Assembly: GCA_965219685.1 (NCBI GenBank)
Contig: CBDCOH010000002.1
Span: 3,136,001 to 3,200,000 of the forward strand
Reading direction: 5' to 3'
Source of the DNA: Candidatus Spongiisociaceae bacterium
GTDB lineage: Bacteria > Actinomycetota > Acidimicrobiia > Spongiisociales > Spongiisociaceae
DNA length: 64,000 nucleotides
Positions 20,169 to 30,231 of the stretch are shown in pieces. How positions within the stretch are numbered: the first letter of the stretch is position 1; each line of letters starts with the position of its first letter. The translations under genes and the position numbers were made by a program. The notes beneath the pieces are model-generated. The model saw only the letters and a list, made by a program, of their open reading frames with translations. It did no database searches and was not told the origin of the DNA.

Positions 20169-21595
20169 CCTTGGTGTCTCCGCAGCAGGTCTCAGGTCCC
20201 GGGAGCCCGAAAGTGCCTCCACACAGCGCAGAAGCGGAGGAATCGGTGATCGGTGCCCTGCTCCGGTCACGGACGGTCACCGACGATGTGTTCGACCGGC
20301 TGGCTGCCGAAGATTTCTACGTTCCCTCGCACCGCCGCATCTTCTCTGCTATGCGTGGTCTCTACGACGGGAACCAGCCGATCGACACCGTAACCGTGGT
20401 CGACCGGCTCCACCGCGCAGACAAGCTGCAAGCCGTCGGCGGTCCCGTAGCGGTGACCAAATTCTGGGACCAGGTACCTTCCGCCGCGAACGTCGGCTAC
20501 TACACCCGGGTAGTGGAGGAACACGCGCTGAGGCGGCGGATGCTGACCGCGGCCTACTGCGCCATCGAGTTGGCTACTGACCTCTCAGGCGAAATCGACG
20601 CGGCCCTAGAGGGGGCGGAGCGGGCCATGCTGGCGGTCGGGGAGCGGCGAGCCGGCGGCGACCTCCCTCTGTTGGGCGACCTCATACCAGGAGTCCTCGA
20701 GGACCTCGAGCGGCTTGAGACCCAAGGCCGCGACGTTGCGGGTGTTCCCACCGGCCTGCCGGATCTCGACCTCATGCTCGGTGGCCTACAGCCGTCCACG
20801 CTGGTAGTCGTGGCAGGCCGGCCCGGGATGGGCAAGAGTGCCCTAGCCATGAACATCGCCTCGTTCGTGGCGATCCATCACGGACCGGTAGCGTTCTTCT
20901 CCCTCGAGATGTCCTCCCGCGACATGGCAAGACGCTGGTTGGCCTCCGAGGCGGGGGTGGACTCCATGACGCTACGAACCGGTCGGGAACCCGGAGGGCA
21001 ACAAGGGGATTCGCCACAGACGTGGGCGGCGCTTATCCAGGCTGCCTTCGGCCTCGAGGGGGTGCCCCTCCACATCGACGAGTGGTCACGAACAGTCGGG
21101 GAAGTCCGAACCAAGACCCGCCGACTCAAACGCAACCAAGGACTCGAGCTGGTAGTGGTGGACTACATGCAACTCATGGTGGCGTCGGGTCGCCGAAGGG
21201 AGAACCGCCAACAAGAAATCGCGGAGATCAGCCGCAACCTCAAAGGGCTCGCCAGCGAACTGGCGATCCCGGTGATCGCGGTCTCCCAACTCAACCGGGC
21301 GCTCGAGTCCCGCCACAACAAACGGCCCCAACTGGGTGACCTGCGCGAGTCCGGAGCGATCGAACAAGACGCCGATGTGGTACTGATGGTTTACCGCGAC
21401 GACTACTACCACCCGAAAACCACAGAGCCGGGCATCGCCGAGATAATCGTGGCCAAGCATAGGTCCGGACCCAACGGTGTGATCAAGACCACCTTCTCCG
21501 CCGAACACACCCGCTTCGGCACCCAGCCCCACCACAGCAGCCGCACGGCACAGCCCAAGGATCCCGACCCCGGCGGACCCTGTACCGACGCGTGA
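20165..21595 (+). CDS. dnaB: Replicative DNA helicase DnaB (element-encoded)
   Basis: PPHSAEAEESVIGALL, AGRPGMGKS, FFSLEMS, VVVDYMQLM, SQLNR, DLRESGAIEQDAD, AKHRSGP. Confidence 0.93.
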   Translation: MTLVSPQQVSGPGSPKVPPHSAEAEESVIGALLRSRTVTDDVFDRLAAEDFYVPSHRRIFSAMRGLYDGNQPIDTVTVVDRLHRADKLQAVGGPVAVTKFWDQVPSAANVGYYTRVVEEHALRRRMLTAAYCAIELATDLSGEIDAALEGAERAMLAVGERRAGGDLPLLGDLIPGVLEDLERLETQGRDVAGVPTGLPDLDLMLGGLQPSTLVVVAGRPGMGKSALAMNIASFVAIHHGPVAFFSLEMSSRDMARRWLASEAGVDSMTLRTGREPGGQQGDSPQTWAALIQAAFGLEGVPLHIDEWSRTVGEVRTKTRRLKRNQGLELVVVDYMQLMVASGRRRENRQQEIAEISRNLKGLASELAIPVIAVSQLNRALESRHNKRPQLGDLRESGAIEQDADVVLMVYRDDYYHPKTTEPGIAEIIVAKHRSGPNGVIKTTFSAEHTRFGTQPHHSSRTAQPKDPDPGGPCTDA

Positions 21596-21798
21596 CGACC
21601 GGACGATCCCGACCCGTGGAGAACCCCCGTGGTCGGCGGGCTCGGCGCAGCCAATAGCCACTCCGTCTTCCCGCCGGCGGTGTACCGACCAGGTCGACGC
21701 TGTGGGCAGCCACACACGGACAGGACAGAACCGGTCCGTCGTCAGCGGCTAGGCGCAGAAAGAGGAGACGCTCGCGGAGACTCTAGATTCGATGCTGT

Positions 21799-22092
21799 TT
21801 GGAATGCCTGCACAGGATCCGGCTGGCGGCGGTTCAACAGTTCGGGACTCTCCTACCCTGCCACAGCTCGAAGGCCCTGAGCAAAGCCCGCGAGCGGCTG
21901 GCCAGACGGGGACTGATCGAGCACCGCCGACTGAGGCCGGGTCACACCGCTTGGGCACTCACACCAAAAGTGCACCTCCACCTGACCGCGACCGGTCATC
22001 TACCAGCCCTCCGGTCCGTCGAGATCGACGGTCTCAACAAGCCCTCACACCCCGCGGTACTGCCGAAGTCATCACCACCCTCGCCCGTCTAG
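21799..22092 (+). pseudogene. Truncated winged-HTH protein resembling a Replic_Relax N-terminus
   Basis: LHRIRLAAVQQF...ERLARRGLIEHRR...WALTPK resembles the N-terminus of 13558..14463; it ends just before the IS3. Confidence 0.4.
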
Positions 22093-22167
22093 CCAACACC
22101 GCATCGAGCGCCTCACACTCATCCTCCAGAAGTGCATTGAACCGCCCCGGGTTTGCCGGAGAGTGTT

Positions 22168-23408
<1,241 letters not shown>

Positions 23409-23558
23409 GACTCCATTATCTCCCAACTAATCGAGTCTCCGGAGAAACCGGGGCGGTTCACATACCGCGGACCCCAACCCGGGGATTGAGAATAGGTCGC
23501 AACCCGCTCCTGCGGCCACCCCGCTCCAACCAAGACTGCACCTGTTGGGCTACTTGAG

Positions 23559-24695
23559 TCAGCTCACATATCGAGCCCAAGCCTCCATCAGTCGGCGGCG
23601 ACGTTCCAGCAGGTCACTCCTCGCGTAGGCCTGTTCAGCAGCCGACCCCACCCGATGCGCTAGACAAGCCTCGGCCACCTCCCGCGCCACTCCCGTCTCC
23701 CCGCACCAATCTCGAAACGAGCTTCTCATCCCATGCAATGTCCCCCCCAGATCAAGCCGTACAGGTAGCTTCGTCAAAACCCACGAACCGATCTCCCCAC
23801 CCGACACCGACGGGAACACCCAGCCTCTGGGACCCTGCGAATAGCGGCGGGCTTCGGCCAGCACCTCCACCGCCCGCCCCGACAGCGGCACCCTGTGCTC
23901 GCGGCCGGATTTCATACGATCGGCGGGAATCGTCCACGTCCCCGCCTCGAGATCGATCTCCTGCCACACCGCACACCGGACCTCGGCTGAACGGGCGGCG
24001 GTCAGCACCAAGAACTCGAACGCCAACTGAACGGTCGGATAAGTACCAGACGCCCGCACCTTGGCCAACGCTTCGCTAACCCGGCGATGCGGGAGAGCAC
24101 GATGATGTCTCTTAGCTCCGTTCTGTTTCGGCAGCGCAGCAGTAACCGCGTCACCCGCCGGGTTGTCCTGCCGATACCCCTGAGCGATGGCCCACTTCAT
24201 GACCGCCGCCACACGCTGCCGTACCCGCCGCGCCGTTTCCGGCTTAGTCGTCCAGATCGGAGACAAACAGGCCATCACGTCCGCCGACGTGACCTCATCA
24301 ACCCGCTTTGAGCCGATAACAGGCAACACATAGGCAGCCAAAGACGACCTCCACTGCCCCTCAGACTTCCCACCCGGTTTCCACTTCCCCGCGTGCAGGG
24401 CGATCACCTTCTCAACCGCCCCCCCAAACGTAGGGACAGCACCAGAGCGCAACCGCACCGGATCATCACCCCCCAGCGCCGCTCTGCGGTACTCGAACGC
24501 CTTCGCCCGAGCCTCCGCAAGACTCACATACGGGTAACGACCCAACCCCAAATCCCGTCGCTTGCCGTTCACGGTTCCCCGCCAGATCCACGCCTTCGAA
24601 CCAGACGGCTGAACCCGAAGCATCAAACCATGCTCATCGCCATACTTGCCCGCCCTGGACACCGAACGCACAAACGCGGCTGTCAACTTTGGCAA
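23559..24695 (-). CDS. P4-type tyrosine integrase with N-terminal arm DNA-binding domain
   Basis: KLTAAFV...GLMLRV...GLGRYPYVSLAEAR arm domain; catalytic LTAARSAE, MKSGREHRVPL, HGMRSSFRDW, LAH, AYARSD; TTG start after a purine-rich RBS. Confidence 0.92.
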   Translation of the reverse strand: MPKLTAAFVRSVSRAGKYGDEHGLMLRVQPSGSKAWIWRGTVNGKRRDLGLGRYPYVSLAEARAKAFEYRRAALGGDDPVRLRSGAVPTFGGAVEKVIALHAGKWKPGGKSEGQWRSSLAAYVLPVIGSKRVDEVTSADVMACLSPIWTTKPETARRVRQRVAAVMKWAIAQGYRQDNPAGDAVTAALPKQNGAKRHHRALPHRRVSEALAKVRASGTYPTVQLAFEFLVLTAARSAEVRCAVWQEIDLEAGTWTIPADRMKSGREHRVPLSGRAVEVLAEARRYSQGPRGWVFPSVSGGEIGSWVLTKLPVRLDLGGTLHGMRSSFRDWCGETGVAREVAEACLAHRVGSAAEQAYARSDLLERRRRLMEAWARYVS

Positions 24696-24894
24696 TTCCC
24701 TCTCCCTCCCCGTCCCACAGCGTACCACTAAGCGTCCCACACACAAATGCAACTACCCGGAACCGAAGGGAGGGTCAGGAAACAGCCCTGGCCTGCTGTT
24801 CGCTAAGGGTGAGCTGATAGAAGGGCTAGATAAATACCCGTTGACCTGGGTGTATGGTCACTTCTGAAACGTGGAGTGACAACCAGCAACGTCG

Positions 24895-24967
24895 TGGGCC
24901 CGGAGGGAATCGAACCCTCGACCTTCGGATTAAAAGTCCGCTGCTCTGCCGACTGAGCTACAGGCCC
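24895..24967 (-). tRNA. tRNA-Lys (anticodon TTT)
   Basis: GGGCCTGTAGCTCAGTCGGCAGAGCAGCGGACTTTTAATCCGAAGGTCGAGGGTTCGATTCCCTCCGGGCCCA folds as a cloverleaf; CCA not encoded. Confidence 0.96.
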
Positions 24968-25041
24968 ACCTGTCAGGGTAGCGGCGAGCGGGTCTTCTCA
25001 TTGCGAGGGGCTAGCGGCACCGGGGACGATAGGCTCGGTGG

Positions 25042-26847
25042 GTGATCGGCTACGGATACTCGGGGATGCCCACCTCAGGGATGGCCGACGGCGCCTTCCT
25101 CGACGGGCTGGAGGAACGGGGCCACCAAGCCTTCGAGTTGGCCTTCACAAGAGGGTTCCCCTGGAACGAGAGGAGGTGTGCCCGGTTCGGCCGGGCAGCC
25201 GCTGATCGGGGAATCGGGCTCTCGGTCCATGCCCCGTACTTCGCAGTGCTCACGGTTGCCGACGAGGACCGGGCCAAGCAGTGCAGGGGAGCATTGGAGC
25301 ACACGCTGAAGCTGGGCGCCGAGTTGGGCGCCCGGATCGTCGTCTCTCATCTGGGACCGCGGAGGGAGGAGGATCCCGAGGTATTGCTGGACCGGATGTG
25401 CGAGCACCTCGGTTGGATCGGGTCCAAGGTGGCAGGACTGGGGGTGTCGCTCGGATTGGAGACCACGGGCCGGGCCCGCCATATGGGCAGCCTCGGAGAC
25501 ATTGCCCTGCTCTCCGCCGAGTTCCCATTCGTCCGGCCGGTGGTCGACTGGGCGCACGTGCACGCCATCAGCCAGGGCGGATTGGTGTCCCCCGAGGCCT
25601 TCTCCGCTGTGTTCGCGTTCCTGCGGGACAACTTTCCGGCTTGGAAGGTGGATCCACTCCATACCCAATTCAGCGACGTGTTGTACGGGGAGATGGGCGA
25701 GATCCGCCACCTCCCCTACGGTGAGGGGACCCTTCGAGCCGAGCCTCTGGTCAAGGCCGCACGGGAGGCCGGGATACGCATGACGGTCATCTCCGAGTCC
25801 CGCGATATGCGGTCGCACGATGCCATCCACTCCGAGATAGCCGTGGCCCTCCTGGCTTCGGAGCCTGAAACTACGGGTACTCGCCCGGTGGCGAGCGGCG
25901 CTATCGAGTTCCCTGTAGCTCCGCGGGTTCGGGACACCGCCGAAGGGTTCGCCCTGGCCGGGTACCAGCGCCGGCTACGCCTCTCGAACCTCGACAAGAG
26001 ATTCTTCCCCGACGGCTACACGAAAGGTGATCTGATCTCGTACTACGCCTCGGTGGCCCCGGTACTGCTCCCGCATCTGGACGACAGGGCGATAGTGATG
26101 TCCAGGTATCCGGACGGCGCCGAGGGAGATTCCTTCTACGAGAAGCAGGCACCCGGTCACCAACCGGACTGGATGCCGCTCGCCCCTCTCGGATCGAGCA
26201 CCAAGGGCGGGGCCATCGATTACGTCACGGCTCTGGATGCCGAGTCGCTCATGTGGCTCGCCAACATGGGCTGCATCGAGATCCACCCGTGGCTGTCCCG
26301 TCTACGCGATATCGAATCCGAGGACTTCGCGGTGTTCGATCTCGATCCCGCCGAAGGGGCCGGCTGGGAGCAGGTCGTGTCGGTGGCCAAGCTGCTCGGG
26401 GTGGCGCTGGACCGGCTGGGATTGCGCGGCTATCCGAAGACCTCCGGATCCCGCGGGATACACGTGTACGTCCCGCTGGAACCCGGGCACACGTACCGGA
26501 GGGTGCGGCGTTTCGTCGAGCGGGTCGGGCAACTGCTGGCCGCCGCCGACCCGGAAGGCGTGACCATGGACCGGCATATACCCAACCGCAAGGGAAAGGT
26601 CTTCGTCGACGCGGGCCAGAACCGGGCAGGAGCCACGATCGCCTCCGTGTACTCGGTGCGACCCCGCCCGGGTGCACCTGTCTCCACGCCGGTGCGCTGG
26701 GAAGAACTCGATCACGTCACTCCCGGGGACTTCACCGTGGCCACGGTCTGGGACCGGATCTCCCGTCACGGGGACCTCTTCTCTCTCGTGCTGGAAGGAG
26801 GCCAAGTCCTCGACCATGCCGAGGAAGCCATGGGGATTTGTTGTTAG
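25042..26847 (+). CDS. Fusion of endonuclease IV-like TIM barrel and LigD-type primase-polymerase (PolDom) domain
   Basis: N-terminal HAPY, SHLG, GLETTGR, VDWAHVHA, FSDVLYGEMGEIRHLP, VISES; C-terminal LSNLDK..F, TKGDLISYY, RYPDG, FYEKQ, FDLDP, KTSGSRGIHVYVP, VYSVR, PVSTPVRWEEL. Confidence 0.88.
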   Translation: MIGYGYSGMPTSGMADGAFLDGLEERGHQAFELAFTRGFPWNERRCARFGRAAADRGIGLSVHAPYFAVLTVADEDRAKQCRGALEHTLKLGAELGARIVVSHLGPRREEDPEVLLDRMCEHLGWIGSKVAGLGVSLGLETTGRARHMGSLGDIALLSAEFPFVRPVVDWAHVHAISQGGLVSPEAFSAVFAFLRDNFPAWKVDPLHTQFSDVLYGEMGEIRHLPYGEGTLRAEPLVKAAREAGIRMTVISESRDMRSHDAIHSEIAVALLASEPETTGTRPVASGAIEFPVAPRVRDTAEGFALAGYQRRLRLSNLDKRFFPDGYTKGDLISYYASVAPVLLPHLDDRAIVMSRYPDGAEGDSFYEKQAPGHQPDWMPLAPLGSSTKGGAIDYVTALDAESLMWLANMGCIEIHPWLSRLRDIESEDFAVFDLDPAEGAGWEQVVSVAKLLGVALDRLGLRGYPKTSGSRGIHVYVPLEPGHTYRRVRRFVERVGQLLAAADPEGVTMDRHIPNRKGKVFVDAGQNRAGATIASVYSVRPRPGAPVSTPVRWEELDHVTPGDFTVATVWDRISRHGDLFSLVLEGGQVLDHAEEAMGICC

Positions 26848-26897
26848 TTAATAGTATCTATTTGATAGGTAGGGTTAGGTCAGCGTAGTGTCCGCTA

Positions 26898-27536
26898 TCA
26901 GTTGTGCTGTCCGTGTCCCATGTCCCCCGTGGGAGAAGGGTCGGCGTGCGGTTGGGCGGCCAGGCCGTTCCAGACCGTGTCGACGGTCTGTTCAATGCGT
27001 CTCCTAGATTCGGAAGCCCCGAAGATGTGCCTTGTGAAAACCGCCCCGACCATTGCCTGGACAGCTGCCTCAAGATCGACGTCGGCCCGGATCTCTCCCC
27101 GGTCCACACCGCGTTGCAGCACCGAGATCGCCTCATCCCTCCGCGGGCGTAGGAGCCGTTCCCGTAGCAGTTCGAGGAGTTCGGGACTGCGGCTCTCCTC
27201 GACGAGCAGGGCGCCGATCAGCGCGAAGCCCGGACCCCGCTGGAGGGCACGCCGGTTCTGCAGGATCATCTCGACGATGTCGGAACGTATGTCGCCGGTG
27301 TCCGGCAGCGGGCCCAGATCGTCTCTCAACGCTCCGAGCGCGGCGGCTACCAACTCCTCCTTGGAGGAGTAACGGCGGTAGATGGTGGTCTTTCCGACAC
27401 CGGCCTTGGAGGCCACCCCCTCAACGGACATTCCCGCATATCCCCGATCAGTCAATAGCTTCAGGGTTGCTCGGAGGATCGCTTGGTCGGTCTCCGGATC
27501 ACGGGGCCGGCCGGGCTTCGGGTCTTCCCGCGTCAT
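26898..27536 (-). CDS. TetR/AcrR family transcriptional regulator
   Basis: GRPRD...GYAGMSVEGVASKAGVGKTTIYRRYSSKEEL. Confidence 0.93.
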   Translation of the reverse strand: MTREDPKPGRPRDPETDQAILRATLKLLTDRGYAGMSVEGVASKAGVGKTTIYRRYSSKEELVAAALGALRDDLGPLPDTGDIRSDIVEMILQNRRALQRGPGFALIGALLVEESRSPELLELLRERLLRPRRDEAISVLQRGVDRGEIRADVDLEAAVQAMVGAVFTRHIFGASESRRRIEQTVDTVWNGLAAQPHADPSPTGDMGHGQHN

Positions 27537-27545
27537 GGGAGTAGC

Positions 27546-29102
27546 CTATTCGCCGGGGTTCCGGGATCCTTCGTCCTTCGGAAGATGGCGCGGCGGCATG
27601 AACTTCGCTATGAACACCGAGCCTGTCAGCGCCACGCCGGCCGCCACCAGGACCGCCACGCCGAGCGCATCCGAGAAGGCGGTCCTCGCCGCATCCGCCA
27701 ACCGCATCCCGACGTCGGCAGGCAACATCGCAGCTATCTTCGACGCCGCCCCCACCGAGTCGCGGGCGGCGCTCGCCGCCTCCGAGGGCAGTCCGGTCAC
27801 GGCGTCGTCCATCCTGGCTCCGTACACGGTGTTCATCACGGAGCCCATCACCGCCACGCCGAACGCCCCCGCCACCTGCCGGGTAACGTCGTTCATCGCC
27901 GAGGCCACACCGGCGTTCGCCTCAGGGACCGCTCCCATAACGGAGTCGGTGGACGGGGCCATCACGTTCCCCATGCCGAAGGCCATACAGAAGAACGTCA
28001 GGCCTATGATCCAGTACTCGGTGTTCGGGTCCCAGAATGAGATCGAGATCAGCACCGCGCCCAGCACCACGAGACCCGGTGCCACTACCTTGTTGGTGCC
28101 CAGCCTGCCAACCAGCCGGTGGCTGAGACCGGCGCCGACCGCGATCCCGAGGGCCACGGGGACCATCCGTAACCCGGCTTCCAGCGGGGTGTAGCCCTGG
28201 ACGAACTGGAGGTACTGCGTCATCCCGAACACCATCCCGAAGAGGGCGAAGAACCCGATCGAGATAGCCCCCGCACCTGCGGAGAACCTCGGGTTACGGA
28301 AGAACGCGAGGTTCAGCATCGGGTGTTCGGTCCTGATCTCCCAGTAGACGAAGATCCCGACCAGGAACGCTCCAACCGCGAAACCGGCCAGCACCAAGCC
28401 TTCCGTCCATCCCCGCACCGGGGCCTCGATGATCGAGAACACCAGAATCGTCACAGCCGAAATCGACAGGACCGCGCCGGGAACGTCCAACGGAACCGGC
28501 TCCGGATCCCGGCTCTCGGGCACCAGCAGGACCCCTGCAACCAGCGCCACGACAATGATCGGGATGTTGATGAAGAACACGGAGCCCCACCAGAAGTGCT
28601 CGAGGAGCAGGCCGCCGGCCAGGGGACCGAGACCCACACCCAGCCCGGAAACCCCGGCCCAGATCCCGATCGCCTTGCCTCGTTCTTCTCGCGGGAACAC
28701 ATTGGTGAGGATCGAAAGGGTGGACGGCATGATGAGCGCTCCCCCGACTCCCATCAGGGCGCGAGCCGCGATCAATTGACCACTCGAACCGGCCTGCGCC
28801 GCGAACAGACTCGACAGGCCGAAGACAACCAGGCCCACTTGGAGAGCGAGCCTTCGCCCGTAGCGGTCGCCCAAGGATCCCATCGTCAACAGCAACCCGG
28901 CGAAGACGAGGATGTATGCGTCCACCATCCACTGGAGGGAAGTGGCGGACGCGCCGAACTCGGTCTGCAGGGTAGGGATGGCGACATTCAGGATGGTGTT
29001 GTCCAACCCGATGATGAGAAGGCTCGTCGAGAGAACCCCGAGCGTCCACCATCGCCGCCGGTAAGCGACAGAATCTGTCGACACCGACCCCGGACTCGAC
29101 AT
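27546..29102 (-). CDS. MFS DHA2 (EmrB/QacA) family efflux transporter
   Basis: LDNTILNVAIPTL, GSLGDRYGRR, WGSVFFINIP; 14-TM pattern. Confidence 0.92.
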   Translation of the reverse strand: MSSPGSVSTDSVAYRRRWWTLGVLSTSLLIIGLDNTILNVAIPTLQTEFGASATSLQWMVDAYILVFAGLLLTMGSLGDRYGRRLALQVGLVVFGLSSLFAAQAGSSGQLIAARALMGVGGALIMPSTLSILTNVFPREERGKAIGIWAGVSGLGVGLGPLAGGLLLEHFWWGSVFFINIPIIVVALVAGVLLVPESRDPEPVPLDVPGAVLSISAVTILVFSIIEAPVRGWTEGLVLAGFAVGAFLVGIFVYWEIRTEHPMLNLAFFRNPRFSAGAGAISIGFFALFGMVFGMTQYLQFVQGYTPLEAGLRMVPVALGIAVGAGLSHRLVGRLGTNKVVAPGLVVLGAVLISISFWDPNTEYWIIGLTFFCMAFGMGNVMAPSTDSVMGAVPEANAGVASAMNDVTRQVAGAFGVAVMGSVMNTVYGARMDDAVTGLPSEAASAARDSVGAASKIAAMLPADVGMRLADAARTAFSDALGVAVLVAAGVALTGSVFIAKFMPPRHLPKDEGSRNPGE

Positions 29103-29119
29103 GGAGTACCTCCTTATGA

Positions 29120-29170
29120 AAACGATACGGTAGCGTTTCTATATTCTAGCGACATCTCGGAACCTGTCAA
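29120..29170 (-). promoter_or_regulatory. Sigma70-type promoter and putative TetR operator of the MFS-tetR operon
   Basis: Minus strand TTGACA (29170-29165), 16 nt, TAGAAT (29148-29143); imperfect palindrome aaacgatac-g-gtagcgttt (29120-29138). Confidence 0.6.
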
Positions 29171-29211
29171 ACCCGCTCAAGGGACCGCTTCGGTCGCTAG
29201 ACGAGCACTTC

Positions 29212-29446
29212 CAAGGGATCTGACCGGGAGCGACCGCACTCTAGATCGCTACACAACGGTGCACAACACATCTACAACTCGTGTGCACCTGCGCCTGGAC
29301 TCGGACGGCTGGACGGTAATTAGTGAAGAGCCCCCCCCCGGCGTAGACGCGAGCCCCAACAGTTGCTATCGAGGCTGGCAAGTACTCCAATCTACTGAGA
29401 CATCACTCAATCCTATGGTAACAACGGCATACCAACTAACAACTAG
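29212..29446 (+). repeat. Dispersed intergenic element, copy A
   Basis: Aligns to the reverse complement of 49663-49896 (~80% over the first ~80 nt by manual alignment, lower beyond); ends in caactaacaacta. Confidence 0.8.
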
Positions 29447-29487
29447 GCCCTGGGAACTACTGAGCAACTACTCCTAGAGTGTCGGCT

Positions 29488-30231
29488 ATGGCGGATGCGG
29501 ATCGTCTCACGTACCGGGTGGAGGAGTTGGCTGCCGAGGCAGGGATCGGCGTGGACACCGTTCGCTACTACCAGGGTATGGGGCTGCTCCCGCCCACCGG
29601 CCGTGAAGGGCGATCTGTCGTCTACGAGACCGTCCACCTGACCAGGCTCAGAACGATCCGCGCGCTGGCCGACGACGGCTTCACCCTGGCCCAGATCAAG
29701 CGGCTACTCGACGACTCGGGACATCCTCTCCTCGTGTCGCTGGCCGGGAAGGTGGTCGGACTGACACGGGAGGAGTTGGCCGAGCGTTCTGGGCTGGCTC
29801 CACCGCTGATCGACATGGCCGCATCGGCAGGCCTCATCGAACCGCTGGGCGGGAGCGACGAGGAACGGTTTTCACCTGATGTGGCGCCGATGCTGGCAGC
29901 CGGGCTCTCGCTGCTCGAGGCCGGGTTCCCGCTCGACAGGCTCGCGGCGTTGGCCGCCCGGCACGCCACCGGCGTGGAAAGCGTGGTTGACGAAGCCATC
30001 GACCTCTTCAAGGATCATGTTCGGTCGGGCCAGTCCGACAGTCCCGAGGATCTGGCCGGGCTGTTCCGGACGTTGGTGACCCATGTGACCAGGCTGGTGG
30101 CCCAGCACTTCCACCACACCGTGGTCAGCCGGGTGAAGGAACGCCTCGAGGGATCCGAGGACGTGGCGCTGGTCGTAGCACTCGAGAAGGCCGGCAAGCA
30201 GCAGTTCGTCGTCTCCACCGAGTGGCGATGA
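29488..30231 (+). CDS. MerR family transcriptional regulator
   Basis: YRVEELAAEAGIGVDTVRYYQGMGLLP...HLTRLRTIRAL...GFTL. Confidence 0.88.
   Translation: MADADRLTYRVEELAAEAGIGVDTVRYYQGMGLLPPTGREGRSVVYETVHLTRLRTIRALADDGFTLAQIKRLLDDSGHPLLVSLAGKVVGLTREELAERSGLAPPLIDMAASAGLIEPLGGSDEERFSPDVAPMLAAGLSLLEAGFPLDRLAALAARHATGVESVVDEAIDLFKDHVRSGQSDSPEDLAGLFRTLVTHVTRLVAQHFHHTVVSRVKERLEGSEDVALVVALEKAGKQQFVVSTEWR

Noticed and set aside
29324-29332. gaagagccc resembling an ISL3 terminus
   Set aside because: It lies inside the dispersed element, and the second copy (gaaagccccc) does not keep the motif
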